A stretch of 40,631 bases of DNA from an uncultured Chloroflexia bacterium (GCA_963775585.1 CAVZJN010000024.1:1-40631), one strand, 5' to 3'; positions 7,209-16,996 are shown, counted from the first letter of the stretch. Notes: generated by a model from the letters alone, not told the origin. Numbers and translations are program-made.

Positions 7209-8222
7209 ATGGTATCAGCAACACTTAGCGAGAACGTTGTTGTCATCACCGGTGTTCGTTTTCGTCCTGCCGGACGTATTTATTACTTTGACCCACAGGG
7301 ACAGTCGTATAACACAGGCCAATTTGTAATTGTTGAGACTGTGCGAGGGACAGAAGCCGGACGCGTAGTTATTGCGTCGAAGAAGATGGCTGAGAAGGAC
7401 CTCAGTGATCCGCTCAAGCCGGTATTGCGCCTGGCTACCGAAGACGAATTGCGTTTGATGCTCTCGTTCAAGAGCAAAGAGAAGGAGGCCCTTGTTAAGT
7501 GTGCAGAGCGGGTGACACAACACGCGCTGCCCATGAAGCTGGTAGAGGCCGAATACACCTTTGATGGCAGCCGTCTGACCTTTTATTTTACGGCTGATGA
7601 ACGAGTTGACTTTCGCGCGCTGGTGCGTGACCTGGCGGCGGCCTTTCGTACGCGTATCGAGCTGCGCCAGATCGGGGCACGCGACCAGGCCAAGCTGCAA
7701 GGAGGGCTGGGACCATGCGGTAAAACCCTCTGTTGTAGCTCGTGGATTGCTGACTTTGGCGTTATCTCAATCAAGATGGCGAAGGAGCAGGGTTTACCCC
7801 TGAATCCTGCAAAGATCTCGGGGGTCTGCGGCCGCCTGTTATGTTGTCTCTCCTATGAGAACGACAACTACATCCAGGCGAAGCAATCGATGCCACAGAT
7901 TGGCACGATGCTCAACACGCCCAGCGGCCCTGGGAAAGTGGTCTCGGTCAATGTACCGCAGGAGTCGGTCGAGGTCATGCTGGAGAGCGGCGTCACTATC
8001 CAGATACCGGTAAACCAATCCTCGGGGCCAGTAGCGCAGCTTGTAGAGCAAAAAATCGAGAGCAAGGGTGGCTGCGGGAGTTGTGGTCTCAACAAAGGCG
8101 GAGGCTGCGGGAGTGGGGGGAGTGGCTGCAGTTGTGGCAGCGGAGGAGGTGGTTGCGGCAGCGGGAGTTGTGGTACAAAAAGCGGGAGTTGTAGCACATG
8201 CGGCGTAAAAAGAACCATGTAA
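7209..8222 (+). CDS. PSP1 C-terminal domain protein (RicT/YaaT-like) with Cys/Gly-rich C-terminal tail
   Basis: N-terminus VITGVRFRPAGRIYYFDP...VIVETVRGTEAGRV matches YaaT/RicT. The last about 50 aa are (G/S/C) repeats with 12 Cys. Confidence 0.8.
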   Translation: MVSATLSENVVVITGVRFRPAGRIYYFDPQGQSYNTGQFVIVETVRGTEAGRVVIASKKMAEKDLSDPLKPVLRLATEDELRLMLSFKSKEKEALVKCAERVTQHALPMKLVEAEYTFDGSRLTFYFTADERVDFRALVRDLAAAFRTRIELRQIGARDQAKLQGGLGPCGKTLCCSSWIADFGVISIKMAKEQGLPLNPAKISGVCGRLLCCLSYENDNYIQAKQSMPQIGTMLNTPSGPGKVVSVNVPQESVEVMLESGVTIQIPVNQSSGPVAQLVEQKIESKGGCGSCGLNKGGGCGSGGSGCSCGSGGGGCGSGSCGTKSGSCSTCGVKRTM

Positions 8223-8282
8223 TACGCACCAGGTTAAACCAAAAACCAGGGATCGAAATCACCATGCTACACCAGGCTCGTC

Positions 8283-8325
8283 TATAGGAGGGGCGACCCT
8301 AGCGATCGCCCTGAAGCCCTGGAGC
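8283..8325. repeat. intergenic GC-hairpin repeat element, copy 1 (TATAGGAGGGGCGACCCTAGCGATCGCCCTGA...CCCTGGAG)
   Basis: 28/32 identity over the core with 21701-21732. Forms a GGGCGAc/gTCGCCC hairpin. Sits between a gene stop at 8222 and a start at 8356. Confidence 0.6.
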
Positions 8326-8355
8326 TTTGATGATGAGAGGGAGGAAGCTCTATTT

Positions 8356-9957
8356 ATGTCGCCAGATAGCCAGGAACCCAAAGCCACGTGGCAGGGACCC
8401 AGTTTGCACTGGGAGGGACAACCAAACGAGGGGATGCCCCCACTCTCCTACGAGCAGGACGAAGCGGAAGAGGTCAATTCCGACCAATTAATAGTTTCAG
8501 AGGATGAGGATCGCGGAACGGGTGATTTGCAAGACCCAGGTTTAAGATTTGAGAAACTGAAAAAATTTGGACAACAAATCTCACACCTCATCATCCCACT
8601 GCTTTTTGGTGGTATCACCTTTTTATTTCTTCAACCGTTGATGCGCAGCGACCAGTTCTATCTCCACGCGGATCGCCTCTGGCCTGTTGGTCTCGTCATC
8701 ATTGCCGCCATGATATTGCAAGGGACTATGCTCTACTATGCCGGTACGAACAACACCTACTGGACACTTGGTATTGTTGGAGGCTTCTTCCTCTTCCTTC
8801 TCGTGGGTTGTTTCACTCTCTTTGGACCTGCCCCCACGTTGGGCCTGCTGATCGTACTGCTCATTGCCAGCATAATCGCGGCCCGTTTCGCTACTCACCC
8901 GGTCGCCGAAGGTTCCGTCGATATCATTTATTCTTTCGGCAAATACAGCCGCACCCTCTTCCCTGGCCTGAATTTCATGCTTCCCTGGGAGAAGGTTACT
9001 GCTCACCTGCAAACAAAAGAACGAACGTGGACCTGCCCTGAGCAGGCAGCCCCCATTGCCCCCGACGAAGATGTGCATCTCAAAGCAATGATCTCCTACC
9101 AATTGATGCCGGAGGACGCTCACCTGGCCGTGCTCCAGGTTGAAAAATGGGAGGAGAGTCTGCAAGAGCTTTTCAAGACCATCCTTCAGTCCACCGTTGC
9201 CCACCTCACTCCAGACGACTTTCTTACCTGGTCAGACAGATTTCGCTTACACCAGAGCAGTGCCGGCGGTTTGATGCTCAACAATCCGGATAAAGAGAAT
9301 GCGGCGCATTGGGGGCACATCAACCTTCTCCTGACGCAGCAGATGCAGGATCATGTTGCGCCCTGGGGAGTACAGATGAATTGGGTGCACATCCGCGATA
9401 TCACCCTCACACCTCGCGCAATTGCCCCGGTCGTTACTGATGCCAACATTTTGATGAGAGCGGCGGCTGCGACAACACCACCAGTTCAAGGGCAGGCTCA
9501 ACCCTCGCCATTGAATATGGCATCGAGCACCGCCGGAAGGGCGACGGTACCACCTGTCATGGGCAACCGGGTTCCTCCGGTCGTCAACAAACCGGCTGCA
9601 GAACCTCGCCCGGTTGCCGCAGCAAGAACGAAACCTCCGAATGAAGAGGTATTAAAGAACGCCTACAAACAGATACAAAACGGCTCGATTACGTCTCCAG
9701 AAGCCATTCGTTCTATCGCGGCAGGTTTTCAAGCCATCGCCGACGATCCCGAAGCTAACAAAAATGCCAGCTTCGATGCTGCCTTAGCCGCGCAAACCTT
9801 ATATGAACGGGCTAATCTGTATGAAGCTCAAGCCAGTGCTGCTTCTCCAGTGACTCCTCCCGTGAGCGCTAGCAAAGCATATCGCGAAGATGTGCCTACT
9901 CAGTCTGGCTGGTCGTACCGCACTTCCAGCGATGATAATATGCTGGCTGGAGGGTAA
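8356..9957 (+). CDS. membrane protein with SPFH/band-7-like domain, four N-terminal TM helices and disordered P/A-rich C-terminal region
   Basis: Segment VDIIYSFGKYSRTLFPGLNFMLPWEKVTAHL matches the start of the SPFH fold (fGkysr.l.PGLhf.iP). The acidic N-terminus is followed by 4 hydrophobic helices. GGGAGGAAG RBS. Confidence 0.5.
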   Translation: MSPDSQEPKATWQGPSLHWEGQPNEGMPPLSYEQDEAEEVNSDQLIVSEDEDRGTGDLQDPGLRFEKLKKFGQQISHLIIPLLFGGITFLFLQPLMRSDQFYLHADRLWPVGLVIIAAMILQGTMLYYAGTNNTYWTLGIVGGFFLFLLVGCFTLFGPAPTLGLLIVLLIASIIAARFATHPVAEGSVDIIYSFGKYSRTLFPGLNFMLPWEKVTAHLQTKERTWTCPEQAAPIAPDEDVHLKAMISYQLMPEDAHLAVLQVEKWEESLQELFKTILQSTVAHLTPDDFLTWSDRFRLHQSSAGGLMLNNPDKENAAHWGHINLLLTQQMQDHVAPWGVQMNWVHIRDITLTPRAIAPVVTDANILMRAAAATTPPVQGQAQPSPLNMASSTAGRATVPPVMGNRVPPVVNKPAAEPRPVAAARTKPPNEEVLKNAYKQIQNGSITSPEAIRSIAAGFQAIADDPEANKNASFDAALAAQTLYERANLYEAQASAASPVTPPVSASKAYREDVPTQSGWSYRTSSDDNMLAGG

Positions 9958-9968
9958 CATTGCATTCA

Positions 9969-10019
9969 TAAACGAGATGAGATCCTGTCGATATGTTCGA
10001 CAGGGTCTCATCTCGTTTA
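9969..10019. repeat. 22-bp-arm near-perfect inverted repeat (one G-U position), 7-nt loop, between convergent genes
   Basis: TAAACGAGATGAGATCCTGTCG / CGACAGGGTCTCATCTCGTTTA. No U-tract on either strand. A second 7-bp hairpin CGAAAAA/TTTTTCG follows at 10021-10047. Confidence 0.7.
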
Positions 10020-10030
10020 CGAAAAAACGA

Positions 10031-10888
10031 TTAAACCGATTTTTCGATAGGCGCGGCAATAAGGCTTCCCCACTCAGTCCAGGAACCGTCATAGTTCCGT
10101 ACATTTGGATAGCCTAGCAGATAGTTGAGCACGAACCAGGTGTGGCTACTGCGCTCACCAATGCGACAATAGGCAATAACCTCTTTGTCGGGAGTGACAC
10201 CCTTACCACCGTAGAGCGCGCGCAGCTCATCCGCTGATTTAAAGGTACCATCTTCACGCACCGCCTGTGACCAGGGGATATTCGCCGCGCCGGGAATATG
10301 ACCGCCGCGCTGCGCACCCTCCTGAGGCAGGTTGGCTGGAGCCAGCAGTTCTCCACTGTACTCAGCGGGAGAACGCACGTCGACTAAAGCCAGGCTTGCG
10401 TTGCCAAGCTCTCGCAGAACCTGGTCGCGCAGCGCGCGAATCTCCGGGTGTGGCGCATTTGCATGATAGGTTGCTCGTGGGTAAGATGGGACTTCGGTGG
10501 TGATCTCACGCTTGTCGGCCAGCCATTTCACTCGCCCACCGTCCAGCAGTCGGACATCCGAGTGCCCATAGTATTTGAGAATCCACAGCGCCCAGGCGGC
10601 AAACCAGTTGTTATTGTCACCGTACAGTATTACGGTGGTGTCATTGCTTACGCCCGCGCGCCCTAAGAGATCCTCAAGATGATGCTGGCTCAGTGGAGCG
10701 CGCACCACCTGGTCCTGCAGTTCTTTCTGCCAGTTGAAACCGACAGCGCCGGGAATATGTCCCTGGTCATAGGCGGAGCTATCTACGTCAACTTCGATTA
10801 AACGTACCTTGGGGTCGCGCAGATGGGCCTGTACCCAATCTGCATCTACCAATACCTCTGAATGGATATACCCTTTGTTTTCAGACAT
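10031..10888 (-). CDS. thiosulfate/3-mercaptopyruvate sulfurtransferase (tandem rhodanese domains)
   Basis: Two rhodanese modules. Active-site Cys in CRIGERSS. N-terminus LVDADWVQAHL is typical of the SseA/TST family. GAAGGAG RBS. Confidence 0.8.
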   Translation of the reverse strand: MSENKGYIHSEVLVDADWVQAHLRDPKVRLIEVDVDSSAYDQGHIPGAVGFNWQKELQDQVVRAPLSQHHLEDLLGRAGVSNDTTVILYGDNNNWFAAWALWILKYYGHSDVRLLDGGRVKWLADKREITTEVPSYPRATYHANAPHPEIRALRDQVLRELGNASLALVDVRSPAEYSGELLAPANLPQEGAQRGGHIPGAANIPWSQAVREDGTFKSADELRALYGGKGVTPDKEVIAYCRIGERSSHTWFVLNYLLGYPNVRNYDGSWTEWGSLIAAPIEKSV

Positions 10889-10936
10889 GAACTACTCCTT
10901 CTGTACATTGATGTGGCGTATAGATTATACGCCACC

Positions 10937-10966
10937 ATAATATACTTTGTTGCTTCACTATGTCAA
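10937..10966 (-). promoter_or_regulatory. putative promoter TTGACA-N18-TATTAT for the rhodanese gene, followed by a 5'UTR hairpin GTGGCGTATA/TATACGCCAC (10912-10934)
   Basis: Read on the minus strand. Hexamers are spaced 18 nt apart, about 50 nt upstream of the start codon. Confidence 0.35.
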
Positions 10967-11014
10967 CAATACCATGGTACAATCATGCTTTCATAGTATG
11001 AAACATAAAGGATC

Positions 11015-11512
11015 CTATCCCTCTTTTATAGCCGCTATAGCCTCTTTCAATTTTTGGTACACACCATCAAGGAGTTCCGGCATGACCTTGATATCGGCAA
11101 CCACCGGCATGAAATTGGTATCACCATTCCAGCGAGGCACGACATGTAAATGCGTGTGATCGGCAAAACCGGCGCCCGCGACTTTTCCTTCGTTAATGCC
11201 CATATTGTACCCATCGGGTTGCATTGCGAAGCGGAGAGCTTTAAGCGCGAGCTGCGCCTGCGCCATTAGTTCAGTGAGCGTCTCAGCAGGGAGTTTCTCG
11301 ATTGTGCCTATGTGCTGATAGGGTGCAATCATCAGGTGGCCGTTGTTATAGGGATAGAGATTCAGCATCATGAAACAGCGCTCGCCGCGGTAGAGAATAT
11401 GGTACTCTTCGTCGCGGTTCTCGGCTGGTTGAGTGCAAAAAATACACCCCTGGGGTTGTGGTGTTTTCGGCGCAATATAAGCCATGCGCCAGGGAGCCCA
11501 TAAACGTTCCAT
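11015..11512 (-). CDS. HIT family protein (histidine triad nucleotide hydrolase/transferase)
   Basis: HTHLHVVPRW histidine triad motif. N-terminal WAPWRMAYI...CIFC is typical of the GalT-like HIT branch. 165 aa. Confidence 0.8.
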   Translation of the reverse strand: MERLWAPWRMAYIAPKTPQPQGCIFCTQPAENRDEEYHILYRGERCFMMLNLYPYNNGHLMIAPYQHIGTIEKLPAETLTELMAQAQLALKALRFAMQPDGYNMGINEGKVAGAGFADHTHLHVVPRWNGDTNFMPVVADIKVMPELLDGVYQKLKEAIAAIKEG

Positions 11513-11549
11513 GACACAATTATAGCACAGGCTGCTTCAGGTGCGTTCG

Positions 11550-11936
11550 TTACTCAGCGGGGGATTGAAGTGACGAATCAAGCAACGTGACCCACGATAT
11601 GGCCCATTTTTGTATCTCCAGCACAACAGGCTCAAGGGCTCGCCCTTTATCGGTCAGCTGATACTCGACACGAACCGGTATCTGGGGATAGACTACGCGC
11701 TCAACCACACCTTCTAGCTCCAGCTCACGCAGCCGATCACTGAGTACACGGTCCGAGAGGCCCTCAACCGTGTTGGTCAACTCGCAAAATCGCCGCGGAC
11801 CCTCCAGAAGCGCGTATAAGAGCAGGCCGGTCCAACGCTTACCGAGTAACTGGATGGCGTGTTCATACCTTGGACAAATGTTGCCAGTTGTTGTAGTTTG
11901 TGTCATTCTTGTTTCTGTGATTGGCTTCGTTGCCAT
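11550..11936 (-). CDS. HxlR-family winged-helix transcriptional regulator
   Basis: CPRYEHAIQLLGKRWTGLLLYALLEGPRRFCEL...LSDRLRELE matches the HxlR/DUF24 family. GGGGAGG RBS. Confidence 0.8.
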   Translation of the reverse strand: MATKPITETRMTQTTTTGNICPRYEHAIQLLGKRWTGLLLYALLEGPRRFCELTNTVEGLSDRVLSDRLRELELEGVVERVVYPQIPVRVEYQLTDKGRALEPVVLEIQKWAISWVTLLDSSLQSPAE

Positions 11937-12071
11937 GTTCTGCCTCCCCTTCTGATCATGTATAGGAAGACCAGAATAGGGTAGTAATTGACAGTATGTA
12001 TATCAAGTATACCATGTATCTCTCTCTAAGGCAAGTAACGAAACTTATAAAAAATTAGTGACTACCGTTAT

Positions 12072-12100
12072 TTGACACTCTACACACCCTGTGCTACCAT
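12072..12100 (+). promoter_or_regulatory. putative nuo operon promoter TTGACA-N17-TACCAT
   Basis: Hexamers at 12072-12077 and 12095-12100, about 100 nt upstream of nuoA. A second similar TTGACA...TACCAT element lies at about 11985-12012. Confidence 0.35.
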
Positions 12101-12200
12101 ACGTGATGAGGTAGTGTACTAAAGACACTAGGTACTGTAGGGGTCCAATGAAGCCGCCCCTATTTGTAATATTTGTTACGAGAAATGAAGGATCCCACCA

Positions 12201-12551
12201 ATGGGAACACTCCCCATTTTTGTGCTGGTGACGCTAGCTATTCTCTTTGGCCTGTTTGTTATGGTATTGACCACTTTCCTGGGGCCAAAGAAACCATCGC
12301 CCGAGAAGCTAGCCCCATATGAATGTGGCATTCAAGAGATTGAAGCGCCTAAGCGGCGCTTTCCTATCAAGTATCTCTTGACGGGCATGCTTTTTATTGT
12401 GTTCGACATCGAAATCGTTTCTTTTTATCCTTTGGCCATCCTGCTTCACAGCCTCAAAGTCTATGGGTTGATTGAACTGCTCGTCTTTCTGCTGATTTTG
12501 ATGATTGGCTATGTCTATGTCTGGCGAAAAGGGGCGTTCACATGGGAGTAA
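12201..12551 (+). CDS. nuoA: NADH-quinone oxidoreductase subunit A
   Basis: 116 aa, 3 TM helices, conserved ECGI motif. First gene of a collinear nuoA-N cluster. Confidence 0.9.
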   Translation: MGTLPIFVLVTLAILFGLFVMVLTTFLGPKKPSPEKLAPYECGIQEIEAPKRRFPIKYLLTGMLFIVFDIEIVSFYPLAILLHSLKVYGLIELLVFLLILMIGYVYVWRKGAFTWE

Positions 12552-13135
12552 AAAATCCGTGGGAGCCAGTGCAGACTGTTTCGAATAATCAGACGCCCCG
12601 GCGGCAGCTCCATGTGAAAAATGGCGAGCCGGGTATTTTGACGACCCAGGTCAGTAAATTCCTGGATTGGGGGCGCAGTTCCTCGCTCTGGCCTGTATCC
12701 TTTGGCCTGGCCTGCTGCGCCATTGAGATGATGTCGACCAGCGCTGACCGCTGGGACATCTCGCGCTTTGGGGCAGAGGTGTTCCGCGCCTCGCCACGAC
12801 AGGCCGACCTGATGATCGTCGCCGGACGCTGTTCGATCAAGATGGCACCTGTGCTGCGGCAGATATATGACCAGATGCCCGACCCCAAGTGGGTCATTGC
12901 TTTGGGCGCCTGTGCTTCATGTGGTGGTGTCTTTAATAACTATGCGATTGTACAAGGGGTAGACAAAATTGTGCCGGTCGATGTCTTCATTCCGGGCTGT
13001 CCGCCGACACCCGATATGCTACTCTTTGGGTTTAATGAACTGCAACGAAAAATCCGTGAAGATATACCCAATCCACCCGATCCTTTGAAGGCCAGTGGTA
13101 TAAAGCTGGTGGGACCAATCGGAGAAGAACTATAA
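12542..13135 (+). CDS. nuoB: NADH-quinone oxidoreductase subunit B
   Basis: [17 protein letters not shown], GxCxxxGG and CPP motifs (N2 cluster ligands). Confidence 0.95.
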   Translation: MGVKNPWEPVQTVSNNQTPRRQLHVKNGEPGILTTQVSKFLDWGRSSSLWPVSFGLACCAIEMMSTSADRWDISRFGAEVFRASPRQADLMIVAGRCSIKMAPVLRQIYDQMPDPKWVIALGACASCGGVFNNYAIVQGVDKIVPVDVFIPGCPPTPDMLLFGFNELQRKIREDIPNPPDPLKASGIKLVGPIGEEL

Positions 13136-13138
13136 TTT

Positions 13139-13179
13139 TGTGATGGGGTATTGATGCTCCGCGCCGTTACCCCATCACA
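13139..13179 (+). other. intercistronic hairpin (12-bp perfect stem TGTGATGGGGTA/TACCCCATCACA, 17-nt loop) between nuoB and nuoC
   Basis: Exact complementarity of the two arms, read from the sequence. Confidence 0.6.
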
Positions 13180-13209
13180 AATAACTTCTATTTCAAGGAA
13201 CATATTTTT

Positions 13210-13827
13210 ATGGCCATAACAGCGACATCAACGGTCGAGAAGGTGCGGCAGAAATTTCCGCAGGCGATAGTTGAAACGGTCGAGTTTCGTGATGAGCAGA
13301 CGATGGTACTGAAGCCAGAAGACCTGGTAAAGGTTTGCAGCTACCTTCAGAAAGATCTACTGTACAACTTCCTTTCAAGTGTGACTGCGGTAGATTGGCC
13401 CGAGCGTCTCCCCCGCTTTGATGTAGTCTACCACCTGCTCTCGATCCCCAATCAATGCGTGCTACGCCTGAAGGTGCGTGTTGGCCTGCGGCGTGAAGAG
13501 CATCCAGCCGTACCGACGGTGGTTGAAGTGTGGCCAGCGGCAAACTGGTATGAACGAGAGGTGTACGATCTCTTCGGCATTACATTTACCGGCCACCCCG
13601 ACATGCGCCGCATTCTCATGCCAATAGATTGGACGACACACCCCTTACGCAAGGACTACCCACTGACAGGCTTTGATTTGCCGGAGCCACACTGGGGTGG
13701 CCAGGTACCGTATGATACCGACCCTGGCGTTGGAAGTCAGACGCTGCGCTCACCTGGTGGGCGAGAACTCAACGAGAGCCGCAGCAAAATCAGTCAGAAT
13801 CAGGAACCAGGGACAAAGAAAAGATGA
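13210..13827 (+). CDS. nuoC: NADH-quinone oxidoreductase subunit C
   Basis: [24 protein letters not shown] signature. AAGGA RBS. Confidence 0.9.
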   Translation: MAITATSTVEKVRQKFPQAIVETVEFRDEQTMVLKPEDLVKVCSYLQKDLLYNFLSSVTAVDWPERLPRFDVVYHLLSIPNQCVLRLKVRVGLRREEHPAVPTVVEVWPAANWYEREVYDLFGITFTGHPDMRRILMPIDWTTHPLRKDYPLTGFDLPEPHWGGQVPYDTDPGVGSQTLRSPGGRELNESRSKISQNQEPGTKKR

Positions 13828-13868
13828 TTTGAGGGCGACAGGCGCCCGACCCAAGAGTCGCCCCTACA

Positions 13869-15125
13869 ATGGACGGGAACGGCGTTATGCAGCAGCAAGA
13901 CATAGAAAATATCTACACCATCGAGGACAGCCAGCCCGGTGAAGATGGGCAGCGCAACGATACGATGACAATCAATATGGGGCCACAGCACCCCAGTACA
14001 CACGGCGTGCTGCGCCTAATATTGACCATCGAGGGTGAAACGGTCATCAAATCAGTGCCCGACATTGGTTTCTTGCACACTGGTATCGAGAAAACCGCCG
14101 AGGCGAAAACCTACCACCAGGCGCTGGTCTTAACCGACCGCATGGATTACCTGGCACCCCTCTGCAATAACCTGGGCTACTCGCTGGCCGTCGAAAAGTT
14201 GCTCGGCATTGAAGACGAGATCACGGACAAAATCAAATATGTGCGCGTCCTGCTGGCAGAACTCCAGCGCATCGCCAGCCACCTTGTCTGGCTGGGTACC
14301 CACGCGATCGATCTCGGCGCTATGAGCGTTTTCCTCTACTGCTTCCGCGAGCGCGAGATGATCCTGGACGTCTTTGAATATATCTCGGGCGTGCGCATGA
14401 TGACCAGCTATATTTGCCCTGGCGGACTGCAGGCCGATCTCCCTGCTAAATTCGATGCCAAAGTACGTGAATTCACCAGTATCTTCCCCGCTCGCTTGCA
14501 GGAATATCACGATCTCTTGACGAATAACCAGCTCTGGCTGGAACGCACCAAAAACGTTGGTTTCCTGAGGGCGGAGGATGCCATTGCGTATGGCGCTACC
14601 GGCCCCGTACTGCGTGGCAGCGGCGTAGTATGGGATATCCGCAAAGCATTTCCCTACAGCGGTTATGAGCAGTTCGACTTCGACATCCCGGTGGGAACCA
14701 ATGGGGATGTATACGACCGTTACCTGGTGCGTATGCTGGAGATGGAACAAAGCCTGAACATTGTAAATCAAGCGCTCGAAGGCATGCCCACAGGTTCATA
14801 CCGTATCGACAACCCGAAAATTACGCCGCCGCCGAAGTGGCAGATTACGGGCAGCATGGAGGCGCTGATCCATCATTTCAAGTTGTTTACCGAAGGCTAT
14901 CGTCCACCGAAAGGGGATGTGTTCGTACGCACCGAATCACCGAAAGGTGAGTTAGGTTTCTATATTGTCAGTGATGGCAGTGCAAAGCCATACCGGATGC
15001 ATGTGCGCGGTGCCTCATTCGCTAATCTCCAGGCTCTACCACGCATGATAGAAGGAAGTTTCCTCTCTGACGTGGTCGCAGCTATTGGTAGCATAGACAT
15101 CGTGCTTGGTGAGGTTGATCGATGA
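13869..15125 (+). CDS. nuoD: NADH-quinone oxidoreductase subunit D
   Basis: MTINMGPQHPSTHGVLRL near the N-terminus and full-length 49-kDa subunit similarity. The start could instead be ATG 13896. Confidence 0.9.
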   Translation: MDGNGVMQQQDIENIYTIEDSQPGEDGQRNDTMTINMGPQHPSTHGVLRLILTIEGETVIKSVPDIGFLHTGIEKTAEAKTYHQALVLTDRMDYLAPLCNNLGYSLAVEKLLGIEDEITDKIKYVRVLLAELQRIASHLVWLGTHAIDLGAMSVFLYCFREREMILDVFEYISGVRMMTSYICPGGLQADLPAKFDAKVREFTSIFPARLQEYHDLLTNNQLWLERTKNVGFLRAEDAIAYGATGPVLRGSGVVWDIRKAFPYSGYEQFDFDIPVGTNGDVYDRYLVRMLEMEQSLNIVNQALEGMPTGSYRIDNPKITPPPKWQITGSMEALIHHFKLFTEGYRPPKGDVFVRTESPKGELGFYIVSDGSAKPYRMHVRGASFANLQALPRMIEGSFLSDVVAAIGSIDIVLGEVDR

Positions 15126-15664
15126 TTTCAGAACAGGCGAAACAACGTATGCGTGACCTGGCAGATCGCTATCCTGTCGCGCGTTCAGCAGTGATGCCCG
15201 CACTCTATATAGCACAACAAGAAGAGGGCTACATTACCCAGGCCGCCCTGGAGGCAGTAGCCGAAGCAATTGGCTTGACCGTCGATGATGTTGAAAGCGT
15301 GGCTACTTTTTATACCATGTACTACCAGCAGCCTCCCGGAAAAAAGGTCATCAAGGTGTGTACCAGCATTTCATGCTATCTACGCAACTGCGACGCGCTG
15401 GTCGATCACTTCGAACAACGACTGGGCATCAAACGCGGCGAGACAACTGCCGATAGGAATTATACGTTGATGACGGCAGAATGCCTGGCCTCCTGCGGCA
15501 CCGCACCGGTCATCCAGGTCAATGACGAGTTTGTCGAGAATGTCACGCCGGAGATGGCCGATGCGCTGGTCGATGAGTGGGAGAGAGAATTGCATGCGAA
15601 TGTAGGGACGCAATTTATTACGTCTTCCAGCGACCAGGAGATATCGGTGCCACGAGCGCAATAA
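15122..15664 (+). CDS. nuoE: NADH-quinone oxidoreductase subunit E (24-kDa, 2Fe-2S)
   Basis: CxxxxC...CxxxC thioredoxin-like 2Fe-2S motif (CTSISC...CLASCG). ATGA overlap with nuoD. Confidence 0.9.
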   Translation: MISEQAKQRMRDLADRYPVARSAVMPALYIAQQEEGYITQAALEAVAEAIGLTVDDVESVATFYTMYYQQPPGKKVIKVCTSISCYLRNCDALVDHFEQRLGIKRGETTADRNYTLMTAECLASCGTAPVIQVNDEFVENVTPEMADALVDEWERELHANVGTQFITSSSDQEISVPRAQ

Positions 15665-15718
15665 CCCAACAATCAATACATTGCGTCCCTACGGGCAAAT
15701 CCAAAGGACTGATAGAAT

Positions 15719-16996
15719 ATGCCGGAACTTATCATTACAAAAGATATAGATGCTCCAGGTTTGGATACGCTGGAAGGGTATCGCCAGCATGGCGGTTATG
15801 AAAGCCTGGCAAAGGCACTCAAGGAATACCAACCTGATGACATCGTCGAGTTGGTGAAAAAATCAGGCTTGCGTGGACGTGGAGGCGCGGGCTTCCCGAC
15901 AGGTATGAAGTGGGGATTTCTTGCGAAAAGCCAGCCGCGTTACCTCTGCTGCAATAGTGACGAGAGCGAGCCGGGCACCTTCAAAGACCGCATGTTGATG
16001 GAGAAAAATCCGCACCAGTTGATCGAGGGGGTCATCATCACCAGCTATGCTTGTCGCGTCTCGATCGCCTTTATCTATGTGCGCGGCGAACTGGCTTTAG
16101 CTGGTCAGCAGATTGAACGAGCCATTGAAGAAGCGTATGCCGCGGGCCTGATTGGGAAAAATATTTTGGGCAGTGGCTATGACCTGGAAGTCATTATGCA
16201 TCGTGGCGCTGGCGCCTATATTTGTGGTGAAGAAAGCGCGTTGATGGAGTCATTGGAGGGACGGCGGGGGTATCCACGCTTAAAGCCGCCCTTCCCGGCG
16301 GTAATTGGTTTGTATGGCGGCCCTACCGTGATTAACAACTGTGAGACGCTCTCGACCATTCCAGCCATTATCAAGAATGGGGCGGACTGGTATACCTCAT
16401 TCGGAACGGAGAAAAGCAAGGGGACGCGCGTCTTCTGCCTGAGCGGGCATGTGAAGAGACCTGGCAATTATGAACTGCCCCTGGGGACCCCGCTGCGCAC
16501 GCTCATCTACGATGAGGAATATGGCGGCGGTATCCTGGATGACAAGCAACTCAAAGCCATCATACCTGGCGGATCATCGACTTACATACTCGGCGCTGAT
16601 AAAGTAGATACGCCGCTAGACTTCGAGGCCATAGCCGCGGCAGGCTCAATGCTTGGCTCAGGCGGCGTGGTTGTCATGCACGAGGATACCTGTATCGTGG
16701 GGGCCGTCCTGCGCATGACCGAATTCTACCGCGACGAGTCGTGTGGCAAATGTACTCCCTGCCGCGAAGGCACGTACTGGATGACAGAAATTTATGAGCG
16801 CCTCGAACATGGACGAGGCAAGGAGAGTGATATCGATCTGCTGCTGGACGTTTGCGATAATATCATCGGTAAATCATTCTGTCCCCTGGGCGATGCAGCC
16901 ACCAGTCCTGTCTCGAGTAGTATCAATTTGTTCCGCGAAGAATACGAATATCACGTCCGTCATGGACGCTGCATGGTAGGAAATCACAATACCTGA
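15719..16996 (+). CDS. nuoF: NADH-quinone oxidoreductase subunit F (51-kDa, FMN/NADH binding)
   Basis: GRGGAGFPTGMKW FMN site and C-terminal 4Fe-4S CGKCTPCREG motif. Confidence 0.95.
   Translation: MPELIITKDIDAPGLDTLEGYRQHGGYESLAKALKEYQPDDIVELVKKSGLRGRGGAGFPTGMKWGFLAKSQPRYLCCNSDESEPGTFKDRMLMEKNPHQLIEGVIITSYACRVSIAFIYVRGELALAGQQIERAIEEAYAAGLIGKNILGSGYDLEVIMHRGAGAYICGEESALMESLEGRRGYPRLKPPFPAVIGLYGGPTVINNCETLSTIPAIIKNGADWYTSFGTEKSKGTRVFCLSGHVKRPGNYELPLGTPLRTLIYDEEYGGGILDDKQLKAIIPGGSSTYILGADKVDTPLDFEAIAAAGSMLGSGGVVVMHEDTCIVGAVLRMTEFYRDESCGKCTPCREGTYWMTEIYERLEHGRGKESDIDLLLDVCDNIIGKSFCPLGDAATSPVSSSINLFREEYEYHVRHGRCMVGNHNT

Noticed and set aside
7868-8218. Proline-rich 116-aa ORF on the minus strand.
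   Set aside because: It is the antisense reading of the GGC/TGC-rich Cys/Gly tail of the PSP1 gene.
14130-14771. Long ORFs antisense to nuoD (213 aa), nuoG (17053-17673, 206 aa), groEL (32505-33116, 203 aa) and others.
   Set aside because: They lie entirely inside strongly supported genes on the opposite strand, have no recognisable domains or RBS, and such antisense ORFs are expected in GC-rich DNA.
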